From contig JBCCQY010000018.1 of NCBI GenBank assembly GCA_039208735.1, positions 19,702-83,701 on the forward strand: DNA of 64,000 nt, written 5' to 3'. This DNA is from Myxococcota bacterium (GTDB lineage Bacteria > Myxococcota_A > UBA796 > GCA-2862545). A program made the translations under genes and the position numbers. The notes under the pieces were generated by a model. That model worked only from the letters and a program-made list of their open reading frames with translations, did no database searches and was not told where the DNA came from. Of this stretch, positions 49,181 through 57,933 are shown piece after piece (position 1 is the first letter of the stretch; the number at the start of each line of letters is the position of its first letter).

Positions 49181-50016
49181 GTGGTCACCCGAACCTGGAC
49201 GCGTTCGCCCGAGACTTGTACTGGAAAGGCCATCAGACCGATCTCAGGGGCGGTAAGGCACTCCCCGGTGGACAGCAAGAAACGAAAGCCGTGGTAGCTG
49301 CAGGTGAGAACCCCATCCGCGATCTCCCCCATTTCAAGGGGCATGCCGAGATGGGCACATGCATTGGGATAGGCTTTGACCTCGCCGTCGACCCGGGTGA
49401 GTAAGACCGAGGCGCGCTCGAGTTCGACGGCGACCACACCGCCATCGGGAACCTCGGAGGCGGCGATGGCATCTTCCCAGGGCACCGCAAACGGCGACCC
49501 TGCGACGTTCGCGGATTGGGCGGGGGCAACGCCTCGCACCACGGTGACCCGTTCTACCTCGGCCACTTGTTCGACCAGTGCCCGCTCGATGCCCAGCTTC
49601 ACCGTGGCATCCGAAAAGGCGCAGCCGTTGCACGACCCCAATAGACGGATCTGGGCTTCGTCAGGCTCGACGAAGGCGACGAGTTCAACGCCCCCCTGAT
49701 GCCCCTCGAGCATGGGCTGCACCGTCTTCAGCGCGGTACGGATGCGGTCTTCGACCGGAGGCTCCGGCGCCGCAAGCAAGCCATGGTACGTCAGCACCGA
49801 GTACACCCAGGGGTCCTCCACTGCCGCGCGCAGCGACGCAAGCCCCTCGGAGGTTTGCTTCACCTCGCGAATGATGCGGCGAAACGCCTCGGCCTGGATC
49901 GCCTCCAGCGTGGTGCGCACCGCCTGAACCGTCGCGCGCTGGGTCTCATCCCAGGTGGCCACAATGTCGTCGAGTCGCTCGAGATCGGCGACCAAGCCTT
50001 GCAGGTCGTCACTCAT
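49177..50016 (-). CDS. NifU-like plus Rieske [2Fe-2S] domain protein
   Basis: HQGGVELV..LGSCNGC; NACAHLG...CSYHG. Confidence 0.9.
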   Translation of the reverse strand: MSDDLQGLVADLERLDDIVATWDETQRATVQAVRTTLEAIQAEAFRRIIREVKQTSEGLASLRAAVEDPWVYSVLTYHGLLAAPEPPVEDRIRTALKTVQPMLEGHQGGVELVAFVEPDEAQIRLLGSCNGCAFSDATVKLGIERALVEQVAEVERVTVVRGVAPAQSANVAGSPFAVPWEDAIAASEVPDGGVVAVELERASVLLTRVDGEVKAYPNACAHLGMPLEMGEIADGVLTCSYHGFRFLLSTGECLTAPEIGLMAFPVQVSGERVQVRVTT

Positions 50017-50972
50017 GAACCGACCAACTCTTGCCGCAGCCGGCCCGCAATTTCCGTCACCGTGGCCGCCCGATCCGCCAGATGGTGTGCCTCGAACAGC
50101 GCACCAGCCTCCTCCAACATCTCCGCGGCCATTTTGAGATGGTTTGGATTGCCCTGCTCTGGATGTTCCAGATCGTCGGGCAAGTTCATCAGCGCATTGG
50201 CCTTGTTGGACAAGGTGTTGGCGTACTCGACGGGCATCGTCCTTGCGGTTCGCACCCGTAATGCCTCGTCGTACGCCTTCACCGCCTCACTGAGGTGCTC
50301 GAAGGGATGGCTGCTCCGGGTGGCCTGCAGGGCGTTTCCGAGGTTGCTCTGCAGCATCGCGTACTCGACCGGGTCCTCCTCGAGCGTGACGCAACGCAGC
50401 GCTTCCTTGAAGGACTGCACGGCTAACGCTTCACGAACCCCGTCTTCCGCGGAAATCGCGGTCGACAGGTAGGCCGTGGCGAGGTTGTTGTGGAGGATGG
50501 CGTACTCGCGGGGAAAACCCGAGGCGTCAAAGAACCGCAACGCGCGGTGGTAAGCCTGGATCGCAAGCGGCAAAGGCGCCCGCTGCGCCCCCGCGAGCGC
50601 CTGCAGGACGAGGCCGTAGTTCATCTCGACCTCCGCCGCCTCCTCCTGGTCTCCGTCCGCATGCAGGATGGGCAACGACGTCTCGAACGCTTCGCGCGCG
50701 TCGAGCAAATGGGTCAAGCCCGCGCCAGGCATGCGCCGCAACGCACTCCCTTTGCCAGAGATCGCCCGGGCATGAGCCAGGGGCGTGTCATGGGCCAACC
50801 GAGCCGCCTGATCGTACAGAAAGATCGCATCGGCCAACGCCTGTGGCTCCTTCGGCTGGCGCTGCAGGTCCATGGCCATCTCGACCAGCGCCTCGGCCTG
50901 GCGAAGGGGCGCGGAATCCGTCGCTTCGATGCGCTTCACAGCGGCGTCAATGTGGGCACTCGGTGCGTTCAT
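50013..50972 (-). CDS. TPR-like protein (hydrogenase accessory)
   Basis: EYAILHNNLATAY, EYAMLQSNLGNALQ, EYANTLSNKANAL. Confidence 0.85.
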   Translation of the reverse strand: MNAPSAHIDAAVKRIEATDSAPLRQAEALVEMAMDLQRQPKEPQALADAIFLYDQAARLAHDTPLAHARAISGKGSALRRMPGAGLTHLLDAREAFETSLPILHADGDQEEAAEVEMNYGLVLQALAGAQRAPLPLAIQAYHRALRFFDASGFPREYAILHNNLATAYLSTAISAEDGVREALAVQSFKEALRCVTLEEDPVEYAMLQSNLGNALQATRSSHPFEHLSEAVKAYDEALRVRTARTMPVEYANTLSNKANALMNLPDDLEHPEQGNPNHLKMAAEMLEEAGALFEAHHLADRAATVTEIAGRLRQELVGS

Positions 50973-51760
50973 GCCATCTCCTGGCGCGTCAGCGAGAGGG
51001 CACCGAGCGTGCTCTCCCAGGTTGCGGTACAGACCATGTCGTCCCAGTCGCTCCAGCCCTGGTTGCGGAGGAACTCGGCCGCATCGATCACGCGGTCACC
51101 TTTCGCATTCCGGATTTTGACGAGGAGGCCCCCGTTGACCTGCTCCACCGGCATGAGGCACAGCGCACCATCCAACACAAAGGGAACCACACCCTCGCGC
51201 CGGTCGAATACGGCGTCGTAGAGCGTCCGAGGGACTTGGATCGACCCTCGCCGAATGGAAATGTCCCACGCCTCAACCGCCGCGTGGCGCGCCACCGCGT
51301 GGTTGGCAATGCGTTCGAGAACCCGGTCGAACACCGTGTCGATGGCCTTCTCCACCGGAGGACTCACTTCCAGGCCGAGACCCGTATCGGACGCTTCGAT
51401 GAGAAAAACGGTCACACTGTCTGGAAAGTCCTCGCCGTAGATCTTTTGGCCTGCGGCGAGGGCGTGATCCCAGCGAAAGTCGTGCAAGTTGAGGGAAGGT
51501 GCGTGATCATTGGCGAGTTCAGATCCGGGCACTTCAAACACCGCTCCGGGTTCGGATCCGCTCACCGAGGCATCGATGAGGATGACGGCATCGCTGCCCC
51601 GCGCCGCGAACATCACGTCGATGCCCCCGGTGCCGCAGTCGAGTGCCCGCACCCCCGGCACCGGGTGCCGGTCGAGGCGTTCGCGCAACCGCCGAGCAAC
51701 GTGCACCCCCGCTGCGTCGTCTCGCCGATTCGCATTGCCACAGCCGATGATCGTAAGCAC
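50969..51760 (-). CDS. hupW: Hydrogenase maturation endopeptidase with about 100-aa C-terminal extra domain
   Basis: IIGCGN..RRDDAAGV, ILIDA, NLHDFRWDHAL; GGAGG RBS. Confidence 0.85.
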   Translation of the reverse strand: MLTIIGCGNANRRDDAAGVHVARRLRERLDRHPVPGVRALDCGTGGIDVMFAARGSDAVILIDASVSGSEPGAVFEVPGSELANDHAPSLNLHDFRWDHALAAGQKIYGEDFPDSVTVFLIEASDTGLGLEVSPPVEKAIDTVFDRVLERIANHAVARHAAVEAWDISIRRGSIQVPRTLYDAVFDRREGVVPFVLDGALCLMPVEQVNGGLLVKIRNAKGDRVIDAAEFLRNQGWSDWDDMVCTATWESTLGALSLTRQEMA

Positions 51761-51773
51761 CTTCCCTCCTCGT

Positions 51774-53378
51774 CTAAGCCGTCCGGAAGCGGGCGAGTTC
51801 CTCACCGGTCTTGGCATCGTGCGCGTGCACCGTGCAGACCAGGCACGAGTCGAACGAACGCGCCACATGCCCCACTTCGACGGGGTCGTGCTTGTTTGCG
51901 ATGGGCGTACCGATCAGCGCTTCTTCGATGGGGCCTCGGTTCGCCGCATCATCGCGGGGTCCCACGTTCCAAGTGGTGGGCGAGATGATCTGGTAGTTCT
52001 CGATCTTCCCGTCCTTGATCTGGATCCAGTGGGCGAGCGCACCGCGAGCCGCCTCCGTGGCCCCCCAGCCTTCCCCATCACGCGGCCGGGGCTTGATGTA
52101 GAAGGGATCGTTGAGGGCGAAGGCCCGCAAGCAGCGCTCCGCTTCGCGGTAGACCTTGACCGCCTCGTGCATCCGCGCCAGCTGACGCAAGTGCAGGCTC
52201 GCCCCGCCCAGTGACTTGAATGCATCGAGAATGAAGGGATCGGAGTGCTGCCATGCATGCCCGTGGCTTCCCCCTGCGACAAGCTGGCGCGACAACGGGC
52301 CCGCCTCGCACCGACCGAGTTCCAAGTCCTTGACCGAGGTGGCCCACGAGTACTGTCCATTGAAGTCGTGGGGGTTCTTGGCCACCGCCACCGTGCGGCG
52401 TTGGAAGGGGTGAACGTCGGCATTGCCTTCGTCGTACCAAGCGTGGGTCGTATTTTCGCGCACACGGCCCTGATCCATCACGATGTGCGTGTCGGTCGTC
52501 CCGTCGTAGATCCCGCTCTTCATGATAACGGCATCGTTGCGGTCGTCGATGGTGGGCTTTTGGTAACGATCTTCGTGGGGCAGGTACCCCCACGTCACGT
52601 AGCGGCCGACCCCCGCGCCGTACTTGTCGAGGCCGTAGTCCAGACCGGCTTTCCAATACAGGGCGAGGTCGGAATTGGCGTGCTCGGGCTTTTCGTCCAT
52701 CCACGCCATGAAGTCGTCGTAGCTACGGATTTCTTCGTAGCGCTCAAGCGAGCAACCGAGCCACGTCGACTCGAGCCAGTTCCGACGGAAGTACTCGAGG
52801 ATCGCCCAGGCACGCGTCACATCAGAGAGCGTGGGGGAGCACATGACGCCGCCAGGCACCATGTACGAGGAGTGCGGCCATTGGCCACCGAACAGGGCGT
52901 AGATCTCGACCGGCTTGCCCGAGATCGTGACGCCAGTTTGGTAGCTCGTTCCCGTGTACGCACTGAAACGCTTGGCGACTTCTTCGTAGTACGAACTCTG
53001 CGAATACTTGGGGTTGGCCATGTCAATGGCGTACAGACCGTAAAAGTAGCGAGGCATGCTCTGCAGACTCTCGACGATCTGTCCCAGATTGCGGGCGATG
53101 ATGGCGTTGCGAGGGACTTCCGCACCGTAGGCGGTGTCGAGCGCCCAGGCCGCGCAGGTCAAGTGGCTTGCGCCGCAGATCCCGCAAGCTCGGGGGGTCA
53201 CCACCAGGCCGGCCTGGGGGTCCTTTCCGCGCAGGATGATCTCGAAGCCGCGGAACATCTCCGCCTGAGTCCAGGCATTGACGACGGTGCCGTTTTCGAT
53301 CTCGACGCGTACATCGAGGTCTCCTTCGACACGGCCGACGGGAGAGATGTCCAGCACCTCGGTGTTGAGCTCGTCCAT
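51774..53378 (-). CDS. hupL: Group 2a [NiFe]-hydrogenase large subunit
   Basis: SPVGRVEGDLD, L1 PRACGICGASH, L2 SFDSCLVCTVH, cleavable tail AHDAKTGEELARFRTA. Confidence 0.95.
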   Translation of the reverse strand: MDELNTEVLDISPVGRVEGDLDVRVEIENGTVVNAWTQAEMFRGFEIILRGKDPQAGLVVTPRACGICGASHLTCAAWALDTAYGAEVPRNAIIARNLGQIVESLQSMPRYFYGLYAIDMANPKYSQSSYYEEVAKRFSAYTGTSYQTGVTISGKPVEIYALFGGQWPHSSYMVPGGVMCSPTLSDVTRAWAILEYFRRNWLESTWLGCSLERYEEIRSYDDFMAWMDEKPEHANSDLALYWKAGLDYGLDKYGAGVGRYVTWGYLPHEDRYQKPTIDDRNDAVIMKSGIYDGTTDTHIVMDQGRVRENTTHAWYDEGNADVHPFQRRTVAVAKNPHDFNGQYSWATSVKDLELGRCEAGPLSRQLVAGGSHGHAWQHSDPFILDAFKSLGGASLHLRQLARMHEAVKVYREAERCLRAFALNDPFYIKPRPRDGEGWGATEAARGALAHWIQIKDGKIENYQIISPTTWNVGPRDDAANRGPIEEALIGTPIANKHDPVEVGHVARSFDSCLVCTVHAHDAKTGEELARFRTA

Positions 53379-53408
53379 GGTTGTGCTCCAGGTCGGTGGC
53401 GAGACGGT

Positions 53409-54371
53409 TCAGACGACGAAGATGTCGTCTTTGGACCACTTCGGGGCCGAGGCCTTTCCGGCGGCGACCATCGTGAGGTAGGTGCGCTTGCTCATGCCCG
53501 GAGGCACTTCATTGGGCATCCCGAGCGTGGTCGGGGTGGCAAACACGGTTCCCGGGGCCAAATCATGATGGGGGAACTCGGGTTCTGTACAGCCGATGCA
53601 CGGATGGCCTGCGCGGGTCTTCGAAGACTGGCGGTTCCACAGAATGCGGTTGCAGGGCGACCGAGTGAACGGTCCCCGACAGCCGAGATCGTAGAACAGG
53701 CAGCCCGTCCGTTGACCGAACTCCGTCGCACTGACCTTGTAGGCGAAGTGCATGTTTCGCGTACATCCGGTCTGGGTGAAGCTCGTGAAGAAGGTCGCGG
53801 GCCGCTGGAGATCATCCAAGGCCAGATCACCGGCGCGTCCCGTCGCAATCGCCACCAAGATCTGGGTGATCCAGTCCGGATGGGCGGGGCAGCCGGGGAT
53901 GTTGATGACGGGAAGCCCCGCCTTCGACCGAAAGTCCGGACCAAGAAAGCCGCCGTGCGCACGCTTGAGGAACTGCAGTCCCGTCGAGTCCGACGGGTTG
54001 GGTGCGGTGGCGGGAATGCCTCCCCACGTCGCGCAGTCCCCGATGGCGACGACGAACTTGGCCGCATGCGCGAGGTCCCAGACCCAGTCCTTCATCGCAC
54101 GACCCGCAAAGCGGTTCCAGTTGCCGGTGCCCTCTGGGGCTTGGATGACCGAGCCCTCGAACACGAAGATGTCCATGTCGAGGTCGCCCGACACACACTT
54201 CTGACAGAGCTCCGTGACTTGGGGTCCCAGTTCCACCCCGAGCGACGGATGCCAAAGAATGTTGAGGCCAAAGTCGAGCACGAGGTCGACGACGCTCGGC
54301 TCCTCGGCGTTGAGGAAGGACATGGTGTTGCCAGAACAGGCACCACCTTGAAGCCAAAGGACGTTTGCCAC
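53409..54371 (-). CDS. hupS: Group 2a [NiFe]-hydrogenase small subunit (no Tat signal)
   Basis: LWLQGGACSGNTMS (Asn variant), GDCA, PGCP, TQTGC (Gln variant), LGCRGP, PCIGCTEP; AGGAGG RBS. Confidence 0.95.
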   Translation of the reverse strand: MANVLWLQGGACSGNTMSFLNAEEPSVVDLVLDFGLNILWHPSLGVELGPQVTELCQKCVSGDLDMDIFVFEGSVIQAPEGTGNWNRFAGRAMKDWVWDLAHAAKFVVAIGDCATWGGIPATAPNPSDSTGLQFLKRAHGGFLGPDFRSKAGLPVINIPGCPAHPDWITQILVAIATGRAGDLALDDLQRPATFFTSFTQTGCTRNMHFAYKVSATEFGQRTGCLFYDLGCRGPFTRSPCNRILWNRQSSKTRAGHPCIGCTEPEFPHHDLAPGTVFATPTTLGMPNEVPPGMSKRTYLTMVAAGKASAPKWSKDDIFVV

Positions 54372-54449
54372 GACACCTCCTCGTCGCCCGGTCAGGGGCC
54401 AAGGTCAGACCCCATGACGATAGACCACGGACGCCTCTGCCTTTGCCCT

Positions 54450-54477
54450 GCGTTGCCCAGCCGGTTCGGGGCAACGC
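54450..54477. promoter_or_regulatory. 9-bp inverted repeat upstream of hupS (operator or hairpin)
   Basis: GCGTTGCCC-N10-GGGCAACGC. Confidence 0.35.
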
Positions 54478-54527
54478 GAGGCAGCGCCATCGAAACGTTG
54501 TGATCCATGCGCGGAGCGCAGGGCGGT

Positions 54528-55415
54528 TTAGACAATCACGATTTGCTCGGGCTGTAGCCCAATACGAGTGCCGTACCAACCGCCAACCCGTCGACTTTCA
54601 AACAACCCATCGACATCGGACAGTCCCTTGCGGGCGAGGAAGGTTTTCGCTTTGCCACGCATCCAGCCCAAGCGCTGAGGTGGACTGCTGGGGTTCCCCC
54701 CAAGCTCAAGCCACCTGGCATGGGCCTCTTCCCTCGAGATCCAAGCGTCTTCGTGGGCATAGTCGTTGACCCGGGCCTCGGCGTAGGGCAGCAACACACG
54801 AACGATCTCGCGCGACAATTCCACACGGAAGGTTCCGAGTTCAATGGCCCCCGTCAGCGTTTCGGCATCCAACTTCAACAGGGTGTCGACATGCAAAATG
54901 GACGAGATGCCACTGCCCGAGGTTGCCTGGACGCGCTGGGGCAGGTGTAGACGCAGGGGACGGCCCTCAATCACGAGCACGACGCCATCGTTGAGGGGTT
55001 CTCCTGTGTGCGTACGCCATTGATGAAACCCGGCATTGCCCAGCATTTCAGCGAGGCTCTGCTTGACGAGGATCTGACCCGACTGCAGATCGACCGCGTA
55101 GGGCTGCGGTGCATCGCCATTGACCAGTTCCACCGCCGCTGCGGCCCGAAGCCGAAGCACACGGTTGGCCTTGCGAGAGACGGTGAGCGAACGCCAACCC
55201 GGTCGGAGCCAGTCACCCGCACCCAGCGTGTCGCCTTCGCGGCTTAGGGCTCGCCAACCCCAACGGCCGCCGAGCCAGCGGATCTCAAGCCAGCGCAGGG
55301 GCACCTCTTCGGCATGGAGCAGGATGTCGCACGACCAATGGCGTCCAATCAACGTCGAAACGGCAAGTGGACGTTCGCTCCAGTGAGATCCGTAGGTGAT
55401 TTTGACCCTACCCAC
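54528..55415 (-). CDS. FHA-like domain protein with possible C-terminal winged helix
   Basis: LIGRHWSCDI.L...VP..WLEIRW..W.WR; C-terminal WISREE..RL..LFE. Confidence 0.55.
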   Translation of the reverse strand: MGRVKITYGSHWSERPLAVSTLIGRHWSCDILLHAEEVPLRWLEIRWLGGRWGWRALSREGDTLGAGDWLRPGWRSLTVSRKANRVLRLRAAAAVELVNGDAPQPYAVDLQSGQILVKQSLAEMLGNAGFHQWRTHTGEPLNDGVVLVIEGRPLRLHLPQRVQATSGSGISSILHVDTLLKLDAETLTGAIELGTFRVELSREIVRVLLPYAEARVNDYAHEDAWISREEAHARWLELGGNPSSPPQRLGWMRGKAKTFLARKGLSDVDGLFESRRVGGWYGTRIGLQPEQIVIV

Positions 55416-55422
55416 GTTCGGC

Positions 55423-56007
55423 TCACGGAAGGCCGGTGGACAGCCAGAACAGGCCTACGACGATGGCGATGAACCCGCTCAACCCCATCGCTCCTCGCAC
55501 AACGCCGGGCCACGAACCCGCCAATCCCCCAAGGAGCCCGCCAAAGGCGGCCATGGCCAGGATGGCCGAGGTCAAGTAGGCCCCCAGATAGAGGACGACC
55601 TGGGCCGGAGGTAGCACCAATGCGGGCAGCAACCCGTAGAGATGGCCGGCTCCGGCCGCCCCGTGCAGCAGTCCCATCCCCACCGCGGCGGATTCGTGTA
55701 CGTGGGTCGCCACCTTCAGGTCGGTTCTCGCAGACCACAACGCCCACACACCAACGCCGATCAACGCGAAGCCGACCAACCACTCGGAGACGGCCGACAA
55801 CCACATGGGGTCGACCAGGTGACGCAGGCCGATGCCTACAAGTCCGATCAGAACGACGCCAAGGCCATGCCCGGCGCCCCACTGCGCACCAACTCGAACT
55901 CCCCTCGCGCGACTTTGGAGGGCAATAGGGGCTAATGCGGCCAGATGGTCCGGCCCCATGACCACATGGAGGGCTCCGGCTGCGAGGCCGGTGATGAACG
56001 TGAGCAT
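55423..56007 (-). CDS. Nickel/cobalt permease (UreH/NiCoT-related)
   Basis: GALH...PDHLAALAP, WGAGH, HVH, GLLHGAAG; about 6 TM helices. Confidence 0.8.
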   Translation of the reverse strand: MLTFITGLAAGALHVVMGPDHLAALAPIALQSRARGVRVGAQWGAGHGLGVVLIGLVGIGLRHLVDPMWLSAVSEWLVGFALIGVGVWALWSARTDLKVATHVHESAAVGMGLLHGAAGAGHLYGLLPALVLPPAQVVLYLGAYLTSAILAMAAFGGLLGGLAGSWPGVVRGAMGLSGFIAIVVGLFWLSTGLP

Positions 56008-56049
56008 TCGCCGATTACAGCACACGCCTCCGGGCGACGCTGAAACGGA

Positions 56050-56817
56050 TCAGAAGTGAGGGTGCGGGTTCGCCGCCTCGGCGAGCGGCAATCGGTCCTG
56101 GCTCGCCATCCACTGGTCGGTGATGCGACCGTCCGTGTCAAACCGGAAGATGTCGTAGACCACCTGTTCCTTGCCCCCCACGGTGACGAGAAGCTGGGCG
56201 AAGACCAGGTCGCCCGACGCAATGGTCTTGCGAACCTCGATTTCCGGCTTGGCTTGCTGGACCCACCCCACAAACCCCGCGCGTCCTCCGTCGGCGGGCA
56301 CATCGGTCCGATGAATGACGAAGTTCGGAGCGAGGATGCTGTCGATGACACCCGTATTGCTATTACGAACCCCCACTTCGAGAAGTCGACGAACCGCGGC
56401 GGTGTTGGCCGCCACCTGGGCGGGAGTCACATCGGCAAAGCCGTCGCCCGGACCGGCGATCCGTTGTTCGGCTTCCGCTTCGGGGGTGGGCATCAGCACA
56501 TCCCAGTGCTCTACGATCTGGTCGCCCTGAACGCGCCAAACGTCGACGCACACGAGCGGATGTTCCCCAAGGGGGTTCGGTGCGGTGTAGAGCCCGTGGT
56601 AGGCGACGAGATCACCCTCGATGGCCCACCGGCTCATCCGTACGCCGAAGTCGAAGTCACACATGGCTTCGACGTGAGCGCCACCATCCTCGGCCCACGG
56701 GTTGTGCTGAACGAAATCGGCATGGAAATACCGACGAACTTCCTCCCGATCGTGACGCACCAAAATCGCGTCCATCGCAGTCTGAACCAAGTCTCGGAGG
56801 GCATTCGGATTGGACAT
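56050..56817 (-). CDS. Tandem SnoaL/NTF2-like domain protein
   Basis: FVQHNP..DG, EGDLVAYH, DVWRV...IVEHWDV; second unit DIFRF..G.ITDQW. Confidence 0.85.
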   Translation of the reverse strand: MSNPNALRDLVQTAMDAILVRHDREEVRRYFHADFVQHNPWAEDGGAHVEAMCDFDFGVRMSRWAIEGDLVAYHGLYTAPNPLGEHPLVCVDVWRVQGDQIVEHWDVLMPTPEAEAEQRIAGPGDGFADVTPAQVAANTAAVRRLLEVGVRNSNTGVIDSILAPNFVIHRTDVPADGGRAGFVGWVQQAKPEIEVRKTIASGDLVFAQLLVTVGGKEQVVYDIFRFDTDGRITDQWMASQDRLPLAEAANPHPHF

Positions 56818-56891
56818 GGGGGACTCCTCGGGTGGCGACGACACCGAGCCTTGGGTCGTCCCACACGAGGAACGTGCGCTCTTCTCAATGT

Positions 56892-56934
56892 TGATTCCAA
56901 CGAAAAGGAATCATATCTATTGAATGTGATTCAA
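56892..56934. promoter_or_regulatory. Candidate LysR operator palindromes in the divergent intergenic region
   Basis: TGATTCC-N8-GGAATCA (56892-56913) and TTGAAT-N3-ATTCAA (56920-56934) in an AT-rich patch. Confidence 0.55.
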
Positions 56935-57852
56935 CTGAAGAATGTCGATCTCAATCTGATGGTCGTGCTGGACGTCCTCCTTCGGACCCAAAGCGTCACC
57001 CGAGCCGCCGAGGAGTTGCATCGAACGCCTTCGGCGATCAGCCATTCGCTGGGTCGCCTGCGTGAGCTGTTTGCAGATGAGCTGCTTGTGCGCGATGGGC
57101 GGCGGATGCGCCCTACCGCCCGGGGAGTGTCGCTCGCGGAGAGTCTTCCGCGCCAACTCGAGCAACTCAGCCGGACCATCACGGCATCGGAAGCGTTTGA
57201 CCCCACCACCACCCATCGAACGTTCCGAGTGGCCGCTCCCGACTTTGTCGCCACGGTTCTCGCGACCCTGATCCAGCGGTTTGCCAGGGACGCACCCGGA
57301 GCCTTGGTCGAACTACGAGAGGTGGGCGACAGCGCGCTCCGCGATCTGGCGGAGGGTCGATTCGACGCCCTGATTTCCCCGTCCAACATGGTCGACGAGG
57401 GGCTGCGGGAACAACCGCTCGGGGCCTCATACTGGAGGGTGTTCGGTCGCAAAGGACATCCCGCATTCGCGGACTGGTCGGTCGAAACCTGGCAGAAGTT
57501 CGGTCATCTGCGAGTCCAAACCACACCGATTCCTAAGGTGGGTCCTGTCGATCGAGCGGTCGATGCGCTGCGACTCAACCGGCACGTGGCCGCGGTCATT
57601 CCAAACTTCGCCATGGCCCCCTCGGTCCTCGCCCGCACCGACCACCTGCTCACCGTCCCCTCGATGGCGATGGACGACCGCATTGTCGACGCCTTGCTGG
57701 ACCGTCGCGATGTGCCATTCGAGTTGCCCGCGATGCCGATGTCACTGTATCGCAGCGCGATATCGGGAAACACTCCGGCCATCCAGTGGTTTCTCGACCA
57801 GATCAACCATGCAATGGAGGATCTCCTTCACGGATCGTTCGACCCTACTTGA
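56926..57852 (+). CDS. LysR family regulator (NodD/MexT-like)
   Basis: DLNLMVVLDVLL..SVTRAA..PSAISHSLGRLR..F.D.L; full substrate-binding domain. Confidence 0.92.
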   Translation: MIQLKNVDLNLMVVLDVLLRTQSVTRAAEELHRTPSAISHSLGRLRELFADELLVRDGRRMRPTARGVSLAESLPRQLEQLSRTITASEAFDPTTTHRTFRVAAPDFVATVLATLIQRFARDAPGALVELREVGDSALRDLAEGRFDALISPSNMVDEGLREQPLGASYWRVFGRKGHPAFADWSVETWQKFGHLRVQTTPIPKVGPVDRAVDALRLNRHVAAVIPNFAMAPSVLARTDHLLTVPSMAMDDRIVDALLDRRDVPFELPAMPMSLYRSAISGNTPAIQWFLDQINHAMEDLLHGSFDPT

Positions 57853-57933
57853 CGACATCCAGCCTTCGCTCATTGACCGAGGATGGGGTGGGAGCGGCGT
57901 TCGCGAAGTCTCGACAGCGAGTTGTGCACCATG

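Noticed and set aside
51774..53378. Possible [NiFeSe] hydrogenase
   Set aside because: All four metal ligands are ordinary Cys codons and there is no in-frame TGA.
52245..54503. 752-aa plus-strand ORF
   Set aside because: Antisense to hupL and hupS; no recognisable domain.
56056..56925. Long N-terminal extension of the LysR ORF
   Set aside because: Overlaps the SnoaL gene on the opposite strand; LysR homology starts near 56926.
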